Below the pieces are notes generated by a model, which saw only the letters and a program-made list of their open reading frames with translations, did not search any database and was not told the origin of the DNA. This document shows, in pieces, positions 38,640 through 51,672 of a stretch of DNA of 64,000 bases. This DNA comes from the human T2T-CHM13v2.0 reference genome, Homo sapiens, in NCBI RefSeq assembly GCF_009914755.1, contig NC_060927.1; one strand, 5' to 3'. Both the position numbers and the translations under genes were made by a program. Within the stretch, counting starts at the first letter, position 1. Each line of letters opens with the position of its first letter.

Positions 38640-38831
38640 GGCTGTAAAGGAGTTTGAGAATTCATTTCTTCCAATTTCTTGCTTTATATTTTTCATTCAT
38701 TAATTCACTCATTTAATATATATTTACTGAACACAATTACATGTGTCCTATGTGAAGAGATGCAGTTAAGTAAGTAAGACAGAAGTCATTGCTCTCAAGG
38801 CCCTAAAAGTCTAAAATAATTCAATAAATTG

Positions 38832-39140
38832 GGCTGGGTGCGGTGGCTCACTCCTGTAATCCCAGCACTTTGGGAGGCTGAGGTGGGTGGATCACTTGAG
38901 GTCAGGAGTTTGAGACCAGCCTGGCCAATGCAGTGAAGCCCTGTCTCTACTAAATATATATAGATTAGCCAGGTGGTGTGATGGCATGCACCTGTAATCT
39001 GAGCTACTCAGGAAACTGAGGAAGGAGAATCGCTTGAACCTGGGAGGCAGAGGTTGCAGTGAGCCAAGATCATACTGCTGCATCTAGCCTGGGTGGCAGA
39101 GCAAGAGTCTGTCTCTAATAATAATAATAATAATAATAAT
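38832..39140 (+). mobile_element. AluS-type SINE with (AAT)n tail
   Basis: GGCTGGGTGCGGTGGCTCAC start. (AAT)n tail 39116-39143. AATAATTCAAT flanks both ends. Confidence 0.95.
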
Positions 39141-41202
39141 AATTCAATGAATAATAATAATTCAATTAATAATAGTAAAATAAAACAGTACGATAACAGC
39201 AATAAAAGTATGTGAACATATAGATTTGGCACAGAGGAAGGGATCAATCATCTAGAAGGGCCAGAGAGCATTGTGATATGATGCAGTAACTATATATTAG
39301 TAAGTGGACTCAAACCCTTCTGAATAAATAACCTTTATTTTGAGAGTTTCATGGAAGGACTTACCATGATGACACATTCTCTCTTACTAGTATTAGCTTG
39401 TTGTCATTAACAACTATGAATACTAAAATTTCCCACTTCTTCTGAGGTGTACCTTGCAAGGTGCAGCTCCCCACTCCAAGGGCTAATCAATTTCCAGGTA
39501 CGTCTGTAAAGTGAAATTGATGAGTCTATGGAGAGGTCTTTATCCATCCATGAATGGAGTCAGAAAGGTCTCATTTTCTGTGAACAATAACACTATCTAC
39601 TTGCTTTATTACTTTCTTCCATATGTAGGTTGGAAATACAGGTTAAGTCATACCACTAGTAAATCTGTAGCAAGATCTCACAGGGGAATAAAAAACAGTG
39701 AATGCATTCATTTCTTGGCTTACATATGGGGGAAGTACATGAATGCCTGGACTCCAAAGGGACAACTTTGTACAGTTCTGTTTGTAGTTACATATGGTCT
39801 GTATAAACAGATGAAGGGTCTTTGGCTTCCTTTAGACCAAGAAGGGTAGTGAGATTCTAGCAGCCAGAAACAAAACACTGAAGGCTGGCTACAAACAAGT
39901 TTGATCAATGGTCTGAGAGCTTCAATTCACCATTCTATTTCCTTAGCAAGCACTTCATCTTGTGCCAGCCACTGCTGTGCATGACGTTTGATTTTAGGGA
40001 CTGGCTATTCATCATCTTTTGGTTTTCTCTCCAGGCACGAGGGTGCCAATAAGGCTGCTTATTGCCTCAGGATAGCAGGTGGCAATGTTGGCAGTTAAAC
40101 AGTCAGCGAGATGTCAATCTTACTTTTATTGCTCTGTTCCAGAAAAACATAGAACTGAATGAAAGCACATTTCCCCACCTCTCAAGTTTTCTAAACTGTT
40201 ACATTATTTGGAAAAAAGAAAAGCTTTGCAACATAGAAGTTTCTTTTAGTTCAGAGATTCTACTTGATATTTATTTCAAGAATAAATGAATGAATTCTTC
40301 ATAGATTCTGCCGAATATGTCAAGGAAGATTTACCTTTTTCTGTAAAAGCAAATAAGGACGTTGTCTTTTGTAGTAAGATTTTGAGTGATTTACTGTCTC
40401 ATGAGTTGATCCATGCATGTCGTCTGCAAGGTTTCATATCATCCCAGACTAAAACGAAACATGATGAGAACAGTGTTAATTCTATACCTAGATCCTCTCA
40501 GAATCCCTTTGTGGTTTCTTTCTGTGCTCCCACCCCTTAACTCCTCCATGCAGTCCTCCCAAAGGTTTACTCCCACACTTTGCTTCAGAGGACTGTCGAT
40601 GAGCAACTGGAGCTGCTCTTCCCAGAGATGCAGCATGCTGGGAGATATTGTTCCAAGGGTAGCTCACAGTTTATGACATCAGCTCTGTGTTGTAATTTCT
40701 GTTCTACCCTACCTTAGACAACGGCTGAGATTGAGACATGGCTTGGCTTCTTCCCTTCTATTTTCTCTCATTAGCTTCTATTAGAAGAACTTCCTTAACA
40801 AATCTACTCATTCAGATAAGTATTTAAAGAGATCCCTCTAGCTGTGACATGCAGAAGAGAGAGTTGGCCAAGATTACATGAAAATAAGACTGGCCTTCGA
40901 AATATTGAGCACATCATACTTCTTTGGGTAGAAACACTTCGCGGCGGAGGGGGGAGCAGGCAGTCCCACCTTCAGTCAGAGCAGAAACTCCTTCTAAAGC
41001 ACGCATTACAGAGAATCATTCAGCTTAAGCTTGAAGATCTGGAAGCTCATTCTCTTACAGAACAGTTTTTTTTAATATAGTCACACCTGTTATAAACATC
41101 TTCCTATAATAGGCTTAAATGAGTCTCCCATGAGTTTTGCCCGTTGCTCCCATTTCTGCTGTCTATAATCTCACAGATGAAAACTGATCCTTTTTCCATG
41201 TG

Positions 41203-42169
41203 TGTAATGGTTAATTTTATGTGTCCATGTACCCCTTGAACTTAAAATAGAATTTGAGGGAAAAAAAAAACAGAAAAAAGAAAGTGCTACTCCCCAAAAT
41301 AGATTGTTCCCATACCGACAAATTGATGCCTGCATTCTCTCGAGCGTGCATTATTGTATACCAGAATCACTATGCACAAACATGGCAAGAAAGGACCTAT
41401 CCCAAAAGTATTTCTGGAAAAGTTTAATATCTGCCTCCAACAAATACTTGGCTGTGTGGTTAAGGGTCAGTATCAATGTCACTGCATTACAGTGAATGTA
41501 ATGCAGGGAGCCTTCTTCACGAGCTGCACTGGAGAGAAGCTTGGGGATGATCTTCCCCCAAAACTGAAGCAACACAAATCAAAACCAACACACAACTTTA
41601 AAGACACCAGCCCCAGGATAGCAGTACTTAGGATCACTGCCCCTGAGATTACAAATCCAACTGGCAAAATGATCCTTGAAAGTCACTTACATGCAATAAA
41701 TACATAAGATCATGAAAAAAGAAATTATGTGTCAACTTTACTGGGCCACAGGGTACCCAGACATTTGGTCATACATTATTCTGAGTGTGTCTTTGAAGGT
41801 GTTTCTGGGTGAGATTAATATTTAAAAGAATGAGTAGAGTGAGTAAAGCAGATAACCCTTCCTAATGTGAGTGGATCTCATTTGATCAATTGAAGACTTG
41901 AATAGAACAAAAAAGCTGAGTAAATGAGAATTCCTTAAACCCTGATTGCTTGGAATATTGGTTTTTTTCCACCTTCACCTCAAACTGAAACCCAGCTCTT
42001 CTTGGGTCTAGAGCCTGCCAGTTTTTGAACTGGAACTACATCATTAGCTCTCAGGTCTCCAGTTTGCCAAGTGCAATAATGCATTTACTACATATATACA
42101 TACATGCATACACACATACACAAACAAACACAATTGATTCTGTTTCTCTGCAGAACCTTGACTAATACA
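41203..42169 (+). mobile_element. MLT2D-type ERVL solo LTR, split by a 0.5-kb insertion
   Basis: TGTAATGGTTAATTTTATGTGTC, then the insertion, then AACTTTACTGGGCCACAGGG...CTCTGCAGAACCTTGACTAATACA. Confidence 0.88.
41226..41724 (+). mobile_element. Severely truncated L1 3' end with about 430-bp 3'-transduced sequence
   Basis: CATGTACCCCTTGAACTTAAAATAGAATTTG, A-tract 41261-41283, unique DNA, AATAAA 41695-41700, second A-tract 41715-41724. TSD TTATGTGTC at 41217-41225 and 41725-41733. Confidence 0.82.
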
Positions 42170-43449
42170 ACAACCCGCAGGTAGGAATATCCCTATGTAG
42201 TCTAATTTAACATCTACTGATATCTCAAACATATTTCATCCCCCTTGCCCAGCAGAAACCTTTGGCACTCATAAGTACAAATGAATAACATGAGAAAATA
42301 GTACATTAATTAAGGAATAACTTTTGTTTTACTCTTATCCTAAATTTTATCACCTTTTGAAATAGAAGACACCTGACTAAAGCTCTAAAGAGGTTGGGTG
42401 ACCTTGAGGAAGTCATACCATCTGTCTAGGGCTGCCGCTTTATCTTCTATATCAAAAGAGCTTTGAGTGGGTGAGATACAGGGAAGAATATTTTAATTTG
42501 GGAAGTAGAAGTCTTGATAAGAGAATTAATACAGGAAGTTGGGGTCTGGTAGAGTCTCATAATTGAGGCTTCTATAAATTCTGGAGTGGCACGAGGTGTT
42601 TGAGATAAGGAAGGGTGCAAGAGGGTGGAAAAAGACTTCTGGTCATCTTTTTTTTTTTTTTTCTCAGCCCAACATAAAAAGCTGAGCATAAAAAGAAATT
42701 TCCACTGATTATTTTGACTGATGCCTAGTTTACACATACTTCTAAAACAAATTACTAAATTTAATATCTTTGTCTGTGTATTTTAGACATAAACTATTGT
42801 CTTTGATCACTTTTTATGTGGTGAATCCAGCTGTTAAGAACAGAATCAACAGAGTGTTTCTTGGCTACAAAACAATTGCTAAATCATATATTAATATCTG
42901 ACTTGGTTGGCAACTCTAGGATAAAATTCTCTAAGAGTATAAGTCAAGGAAATAAAACCTCATGGCCTTCAATTACGATCTTTCCTGTAGGCCAGGCTTT
43001 TAAGGCTATGGAATAGAAAGATCGCACATGACTAAAACTTGCAAAGAAGTTTTGTGTTTTAGCAATAGTTATTTCCTGGGAAAAATTAATATCTCCTTGA
43101 GAAGATTACTTTCATCTTTTTAAAATCTTGGCCATTTCTCTTTATGTATTTCTCAAAAATTAATGGGTTAATAAAAAAGATTTGGAAAATGATAGCAAGC
43201 ACTGAGCTATTTGAAGATCTAGACATCTTAACTGGATTCATTTACTTAACTAACACAACTCTACATTTGATAGTAGTTTTCCTTTGGCTACACACCAATA
43301 GCATTTCTAATGTCAGTCAACTTTATTTATACACAAACTCTCTGAAGAGAATGTGTAACATTTCAAATGTATGGCCTGAAATTATTTTAATAATCTTCTA
43401 TCATACCAAATTATTATTTAAATCTTATCCTAGATTTCCTCATCTTTTA

Positions 43450-44023
43450 CTTTATTTATTTATATATGTATATATTTTTATTATACTTTAAGTTCTAGGG
43501 TACATGTGCAAAACCTGCAGGTTTGTTACATATGTATACATGTGCCATGTTGGTGTGCTGCACCCATTAACTCGTCATTTACATTAGGTACATCTCCTAA
43601 TGCTATCCCTCCCCCCTCACCCCACCCCACAACAGGCCCTGGTGTGTGATGTTCCCTTTCCTGTGTCCAAGTGTTCTTATTCTTCAATTCCCACCTATGA
43701 GTGAGAACATGCGGTGTTTGGTTTTTTTGTCCTTGCGATAGTTTGCTGAGAATGATGGTTTCCGGCTTCATCCATGTCCCTACAAAGGACATGAACTCAC
43801 CATTTTTTATGGCTGCATAGTATTCCATGATGTATATGTGCCACATTTTCTTAATCCAGTCTATCATTGTTGGACATTTGGGTTGGTTCCAAGTCTTTGC
43901 TATTGTGAGTAGTGCCGCAATTTAGTTCTTGGACTTCAGCCCATTCTTCTGAGCTTTAGAAAGGTGTCTTTTATTTTAAAAGATGACGTTATAGGCATGG
44001 GCAAGGACTTCATGTCTAAAACA
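43450..44023 (-). mobile_element. Short L1PA4/5-type insertion with a complex 5' junction
   Basis: T-rich tail about 43450-43482; L1 3' end to 43921; inverted flank copy 43919-43990; inverted L1 ORF2 piece 43991-44023. TSD TCATCTTTT(A) at 43440-43449 and 44024-44033. Confidence 0.93.
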
Positions 44024-44314
44024 TCATCTTTTAAAATAAAAGCCACCTTTCTAAAGCTCAGAAGAATGGGTTGAAGTCCAAGAACTAAATTAAGTCTGGG
44101 TGACCTTGAGGAAATCATAACACCTCTTTAGGATTGCTGCTATTCCTTTTATGTCAAAATAGGCTTTAAAATATAAGATCTCTGAAATCACTCTCAACCA
44201 GATGATTCTACAATTAAAATAGGTTCTGTCAATATAAGTTATGTGTATACTCTTATTTAGCAGTATTTACTTTTTAAAAACTGAAATTTAAAAAGTATAA
44301 GCATTTTCTTTTAC

Positions 44315-44762
44315 CTATTCACAATAACAAAGACATAGAATCTACCTAAATTCCCATTGATAGTAGACTGGATTAAAAAATGTGGTACATATATACCATC
44401 GAATACTGTGCAGCCATAAAAAGGAACAAGATCATGTCCTTTGCAGCAACATGAATGGAATTAGAGGCCATTATCCTAAGCAAATTAACATGGAACAGAA
44501 AACCAAACACTGCATATTCTCATATGTAAGTGGGAGCTAAACATTAATATATATGGGCACAAAGAAGAGAACAACAGACAGTGGTGCCTACTTGAAGGTG
44601 GAGGGAGGGAGGAGGGTGAGGATTAAAAAATGACCTATCAGACACTATGCTTATTACCTGGGTGATGAATAATCTGTACACCAAAGCCCCATGACACACA
44701 GTTGACCTATATAACAAACCTGCATGTGTATCCCTGAGCCTACAATAAAAGTTTAAAAAAAG
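44315..44762 (+). mobile_element. L1PA15/16-type 3' fragment
   Basis: CTATTCACAATAACAAAGAC...GGAGGGTGAGGATTAAAAAATGACCTATC...AATAAAAGTTTAAAAAAA. Confidence 0.85.
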
Positions 44763-44764
44763 AG

Positions 44765-45085
44765 AAAACATCATGCTTAATGAAATAAGCCAGACACAGA
44801 AAGCCAAATATTGCATGATTCCACTTACATGAGGTTACCCAGAGTATTCAAATTCATAGAGACAGAAAGTAGAGTGATGGTTGCCATGGGCTGGAAAACA
44901 AGAGAAAATGGGGAGTTGCTGTTTAATGGAGACAGTGTTTCATTTTGGAAGATGAAAAGAGCCCTAGAGATTGGCTGCACAATGTAAACGTATTTAACAT
45001 TACTGAGCTCTATGCCTAAAAATTATTAAGATGGTGAATTTTACATTACATATTTTACAATTTTATATTAAAATTAAAAATATAT
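44765..45085 (+). mobile_element. L1MB-type 3'UTR fragment
   Basis: GAAATAAGCCAGACACAGAAAG...CAAATTCATAGAGACAGAAAGTAGA...AAGATGGTGAATTTTA. Confidence 0.8.
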
Positions 45086-46405
45086 CTAATTCATGAAAAA
45101 TAGAAATACACAGAATAAAGCAAAAAAGCAAGCATTATTTTCATAAATACTGAACAAGTTGGTCTAAGTGAGAAATAAATTTTTAAAAAATGGAATGTAT
45201 ATTCCTTGGCATAATAGCCATAGCATATTAACTTTACAGTTGGTAGCTTATAAAGTTGCGGGAAATGTCAGATGTGGGGTAGGAAAGACATCTTCCCTTC
45301 TTCACACAGTGTTCTGCCTCTAAAATTTAGTAGGCTCAGCCTCACTCCTTCCTGAGATCTTAAGTTAAAGCAGAGTTTATCTCCCCATTTCAGATTGCCT
45401 ATGAATACTGGGCTCACATCCTAGTTCGAGTGGGAAATTAGAGCTTTTTGTTGAATTGTAAATGAAACTGTGTGGTTTCAACTGATAAGGAGGATGACTG
45501 CCAGGCCACTGGCACACCCACACAGTGTCCAGAATTTGCTATGTATTTGCAGCAAAGGCACCAATAATTATCCAGGGAATGCTCCTGGAAAGCACATGGT
45601 GATTTCTCTTCTCTTACAAATATCAGACCCGATGAAAGACTACAGTAGGGCTTTTATTTGAGTGTACACATGTAAAAGAACAGAAAGAATTGGCATACGC
45701 TGAGAAAACAAGGGTATTTGAGCATGAATTCCTCACACCAAATTAATCTCTTTTATCTTTTCTTTTGGTTTCTAACATCCTGAGCATAAATATATATGTC
45801 TTATATATTTATTGAACAACCATATTTGGAGTGGCTACTGAGTCTATTTTAATGCAGAAGACGCAAAGACGTATGTTACAAACAATGCCCTTAAAGAGAC
45901 AATTTGAAGAGAGGAATGTAAAGGTCATTTGGCACAAATGCAGCATTTCAAATATGTATTAAGTGCAGTGATCACACAGAACCACTGAGGTAATGACTGC
46001 CACACATACAAAGGCATGTAGGGCTAGAAAAGCCATGTCTTTTGGGCAACTGAAGAAAGTAGTTTGGAGCTGAAGGCATGAGAGGAAGCTAGCAAGGAAA
46101 ATTGGAAAAGTAGGCAGGTATTAGGCAGCTATAACTGATTTCAAGCCAATTTATGACACAGACATATATTGTTATTGGATGTCAACAGCAGAAATGGATA
46201 TCAAACAAAGACACTTTTATTCTCCAGAATTATTGGTGACAAGTTTATCTGTTTTGTGGTAAAGTTATATACTTTTCTATTTATATAAAGTGAATCATTC
46301 AGACTCTGCAAGAAACCAAACCAAAACAAACAAATATAACTTAAACCCAAATTCATCAATTCCATTCATTCTTCTACTCAAGGACATGTTATAGCATGAG
46401 CATAA

Positions 46406-46775
<370 letters not shown>

Positions 46776-46865
46776 ACTTCTCCTTATTAATTAAGATTGC
46801 GAGATAAAGCATATCCTTATCAGATTCACTATTTCTCCTTACTAGATTTGGATTTTATTTAAAAA

Positions 46866-46920
46866 ATATATGTATGTATCTATATACACACACACAGACA
46901 CACACACACATATATATATA
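46866..46920. repeat. (TA)n/(CA)n compound microsatellite
   Basis: Seen directly. Confidence 0.85.
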
Positions 46921-48371
46921 AAGCAATTCTACACTATCTAAATGCAAATCAACTGCCAGATGCTTAACCAAATATAAATATATAAATATATGAATATACA
47001 AATAAAACAAATGTAAGTAACATTCCTATGCTGGAGAAAAAGTAATGAGCTGTGTTAGACTACTTGAGAGATGCTAATTTGATCGCCAGTAGGCACCTTC
47101 TGAAGAGACTTAGAATAATTCTGATTTTATACTAATTTTATCATCTGCATCTGGCTTTGTATCCTAAGTTGGATAAAATACATAACTCCATGGTGTACTT
47201 ATGTTCTTTTTTAAAAAAATTTAGTAATTTAAACTAATTTTGAGAAATATGCAAATGAGTCAATGATGCAATAATTTTATCAATATGAAGTCTCATATTT
47301 CACATTAATGAAGATTTGTAATCCTGGTGATATCCCTTTCCTAAAAACCATCACCGTATTGTCATCCTTATCATCATCAGGCATGCATTTTTCGAGAGGA
47401 AAACAATAGAATAATAGCAAAACTTGAAGAGACAGTGTCTGCTTTGTAATATTTTAAGTTATTTGATCTTGGTGAACTCTGTCCTTCCTGCCATCCTGAC
47501 TGTGGCCTGTTTTATGCTTTCCTCCAAATTCCTCACCTGCTTAGCAAATGTGTCCAATCTTTTAAGGAAAGACTTTGTAGTTTATCCAGGCACATGCCAT
47601 TCTGTTGAGGTTGGGGGTGGGGATCCTCAACATTTATGTTTTAGAGATGATAGGATAATTTTGATAAATATTTTCAAATTTTTTACAGTGATACACTTCT
47701 GTGGAAAATCCTGTCACAGCTGGGAAAACCAGTTGAGTATCACGCATACTGACATTTTCAAATCATCTTATTTTTTTAGCCCAGATAAATGCTTGATGGA
47801 TACCATGGCTCTGCATATCTTGAATCTTTCATGTAGAAGGCAGAGTCTGGGTGTGGAAAGATCATGGTAGGGAGAAGTCGGAGGAATGGAATGTGGTAAG
47901 GAAATTTATTGGAATATGGGAACAGACCAGAGCTAAATTGACAGTAGTCAGCCAGCACCCAGGCCAAGAATACAAGCTTCTCTAGAACAGGAATGTTGGC
48001 TGTTCTCTTGTGGCTCATCTGGGCTATGGATTCTCACAGTGTGTGTGAAATACCACGGATGTGGGAAAAAAAATAATGTATGTTGATATTTGAATCTACT
48101 ATCCACTGAGCACTCTGTTGTGATAGATATTAGGTGGAAGATACTCTGCTACCACAAAGCATCATTATTTCATCTTATAAATGTCTAAACCAAGCATGAT
48201 TTTTAATAAGAGATAAAATGTGGAGTTTTGCTTTTCCAGAATAGTTAGGCAGTATACCACATGACTTACAAGGGAGGAATAAATTAGGAGAGATGTGAAA
48301 AACAAGAGTTCCTACGATATATAAACAAATGATACCTGTGTTGCAGTGCCAAAAAATTAAACTTTTAAAAG

Positions 48372-48437
48372 TATATATATATACTTTATATATACTTTTA
48401 TATATATATACATTATATATATGTATGTATATGTATA

Positions 48438-48474
<37 letters not shown>

Positions 48475-48484
48475 GTATACATAT
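48372..48484. repeat. (TA)n-(TG)n compound microsatellite
   Basis: Seen directly. Confidence 0.9.
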
Positions 48485-48926
48485 AAACAAATGAATTACC
48501 ATGGAGAAAATCCCAAAGATGAAGCATTTTTCTCCATGACTGGTCCTTTCAGGTATTTAAGAGAATCCATAAGTGGGAATCTTGAACTTATTTCAATTTT
48601 TAAGGAGAAATAAAATTTGAACTTGGAAACAAAGATGAACTCTTCAGGCAAGGGAACAAGCATGATCAGAGGCAAGAAGAGAGGCTCCTTATGATGTATT
48701 TTGGTGTCAATTGGAAGACTGATGTAGCCTAAATAGAAAAGTTATGATGAAGACAAGAAGGAAGCATTAGATTCAGGACAGGATGTAGAAGGCTGGGAAT
48801 ACCAGTTTCAAGAAATTATTATAAAAATAAAATTTAAAACTGTTACTCATAGAGATTTCACAGGGTACTTTATAATTTTATAACATCATTTTATTTTTTA
48901 GGGTTGTTTTGCAGGCAGTAGTATAT

Positions 48927-49192
48927 GGTCTTGCTCTGTCACCCAGGCTGGAGTGCAGTGACATGAACACGGCTCACTTCAGCTCGACCTTCTGGGTCCA
49001 AGCAATCCTCCTGCCTCAGTCGCCCATGTAGCTGAGACCATAGGCACACGCCACCACACTTGGCTAATTTTTTTGTTAGAGACAAATCTCACTTTGTTGC
49101 CCAGTCTGGTCTTGAACTCCTGGGCTCAAGCAATCCTCCAACTTTGGCCTCACAAAGTGCTGAGATTACAAGTGTGAGCCACTGCACCCAGC
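48927..49192 (-). mobile_element. AluJ-type SINE
   Basis: GGTCTTGCTCTGTCACCCAGGCTGG...CTCCTGGGCTCAAGCAATCCTCC...CACTGCACCCAGC. Confidence 0.92.
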
Positions 49193-49289
49193 TTAATATA
49201 AATTTTTTATAAAGCAAATATTATAAACCATGAAGAAAATGCAACTAAGTCAAAATGTAAAACTTCCTTATGATAAAAATTAAAAGATG

Positions 49290-50055
49290 ATGGATGGTAC
49301 AGTACTTTGGAAGATAATTTGGCAGCTTCTTATAAAACTAAACATACTTACCCAAAGATCCAGCAATAATTCTTCTTGATATTTACCTTAAACTCGTGTC
49401 ATGAAGAAAAAAGAAACAAAAAAAAACTGGATATGAATATTTAAAGCAGCTTTTATGATAATTGCCAAAACTTGTACCAAAATGTCCTTCAATAGGTGAA
49501 TGGATTAAAAAAAACGTGGTACATCTATAAAATGGAATATTATTCAGCAATACAAAGAAATAAGCTAATAAGCCACAAAAAGACATGGATGAACCTTAAA
49601 TGTACATTGCTAAGTGAAAGACGCCTGTCTGAAAAGTCTACATGATATGTGATTTCAACAATATGACATTCTGGAAAAAGGCAAAACTATGGAAAGAGTA
49701 AAAAGATCAGTAATTGCCAAGGGTTTGGAGAGAGGTAGGGAAGGACAAATAAGAGCACAGAGGACTTCTGGATAGTGAAACTGTTCTGCATAATACTGCA
49801 ATGGCAGATACATCTTATTATACATTTTTCAAAATCCATAGAAAGTACAACATAAAGAGTGATTCTTAATGTAAACTATGGACTTTAGTCAATAATAATG
49901 TATCCGCATCGGTTCATCAACCATAATAAATATACCACACTAATGCCACATGTTAATAATAAAGAAAACTTGAGTAGAGGATAGATTGAGAGGGTATAGG
50001 GGAGCTCTCTGTTTTTGTGTAAGCCTAAAACAGCTAAATAATCTATTGATTAAAA
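49290..50055 (+). mobile_element. L1MC-type 3' end
   Basis: TTTGGAAGATAATTTGGCAG...TGACATTCTGGAAAAAGGCAAAACTATGG...AATGTAAACTATGGACTTTAG. Confidence 0.8.
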
Positions 50056-50059
50056 AAAG

Positions 50060-51090
50060 GACAATAGGATAAAGATGTCTGCAACATATACAGCAAGAAA
50101 TTAGTGGATGGAATATATAAACAAGCTCCTCAAATCAATAAGAAAAAGACAATGCAATAGAAAATGAGCAAAGGAAATTAATCAGGAAATACACAGAAAA
50201 ATTCTGAATAGCAAGTAAATACGTACTTGCTGAAGAAAATGCTGAATTTCAAGTAAATATATGCAGCATTCAACAAAATATTTATGGAGTCTTTCTGAGA
50301 TAGGCACTGTTCTAGGTGCTTGGGATACATGAGGGAACTAAATATGGAGGCGTGTTTGTATGGAGGTAAAATTATTGCAAGTATGACATCATTTGGGCAA
50401 ACATTAAATATCGGATTTTAGCAACTCTTGGCAAAGATTTAGAAGAACAGAATATTCTATGCCTTAATGGTAGAAGTAAAAAGTAGTTCAAAATTAAAAC
50501 AAACAAACAAAAACTCAGAATCTTGATAGTATCTTGTAGTATTAAACAGGCAAGGCCTATTACCCAAAAATTACACTTATGAGTATACAACCTAAAAGGA
50601 CTCTTACACAAGTACACAAGTAAATATAACAATAATGTTTATCACAGCATTGTTGTAATATTTTAAGAATTGGAAGCAATCAGAGAGTTGAAAAATATGA
50701 GGTATATACAAAGGAAGGAATACTGTCAAGTAGATAAAAGAAATTTAGCAGATTTTAATATATCAACATGGCTAGATCTCAAACCACAAGTTTAAGGAGA
50801 AAAACAATCAACTGGCAGAATATAGAGCATGCAATAAATTATATTAATAAAATTACAAATAACATAATATGTATATTTAAATAGATTAGACTATTACAGG
50901 TATAATATTTGTTGCTTATAGGGAGAGCAGAGGGGAATGGTTAGGGGGAATAAAAGCAACTTTAACTTTATCTCTAATATTTTATTTACTTTATGCAGAA
51001 TTGATAAGTATGGCAAAATGTTAACATTAATTTCAATGAATAGGCATAGCTTCATATATTTTTTGTATTTTTCTGTAATTTAAAAAAGAT
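50060..51090 (+). mobile_element. L1ME-type degenerate 3' fragments, with a small L2 piece near 50265-50340
   Basis: CTCAAATCAATAAGAAAAAGAC...AGAAAATGAGCAAAGG; AATGTTTATCACAGCATTGTT; ATGGCAAAATGTTAACA. Confidence 0.6.
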
Positions 51091-51672
51091 CTGTAAATAT
51101 AAATGAAATTGTGAGAAGTATAAGTGAATTTTTTACAACTCTACTCCAAGACAAGCAAATAGTTGTATATACCTATCAGGATTTCTGAGCTAATAAGACT
51201 TAACATAACCACTTCCAACCTTTTATGAAAATTAAGGATGTAGACACCAAAAAGGTAAAAGCTTCCAGAAACACAGTGACAATCTGGGCAGAATTTCCTT
51301 TAATTTTTAGACCAAAGGAATTGAAGGAAAAATTACAATCTGTGGAATGCTTAAAGGAGGGGAACTAGAAATAAAGCAAACCTACTCACCAGACAATAAT
51401 TTAAAAATCCCCTTAGCTCTCCCTGTAGTCTGTTCATTGGTCCAGGGAGGGAACAAAATACCTTACCAGACAGAAGAGCTGGCAGCTCTCTTCACTGTGA
51501 TGCTAGTTTTTTGTGATGGCCAAATGCAGGCTCTCTTTATACCTTCAATCATCAGTATTTCTTGGTCTACAGCTCATCTATTGAGAGGACTCACTGAATG
51601 AGAAGCTGGGATGGGCAAGAAGTACTGAGCTGCCTCCCAGGTAGTGAAGTCTCCACATGTAAAGCATTATTG

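Noticed and set aside
41482-41506. Iron-responsive element (contains CAGTGA)
   Set aside because: The stem register does not place CAGUGN as the loop over a 5-bp stem with a C bulge.
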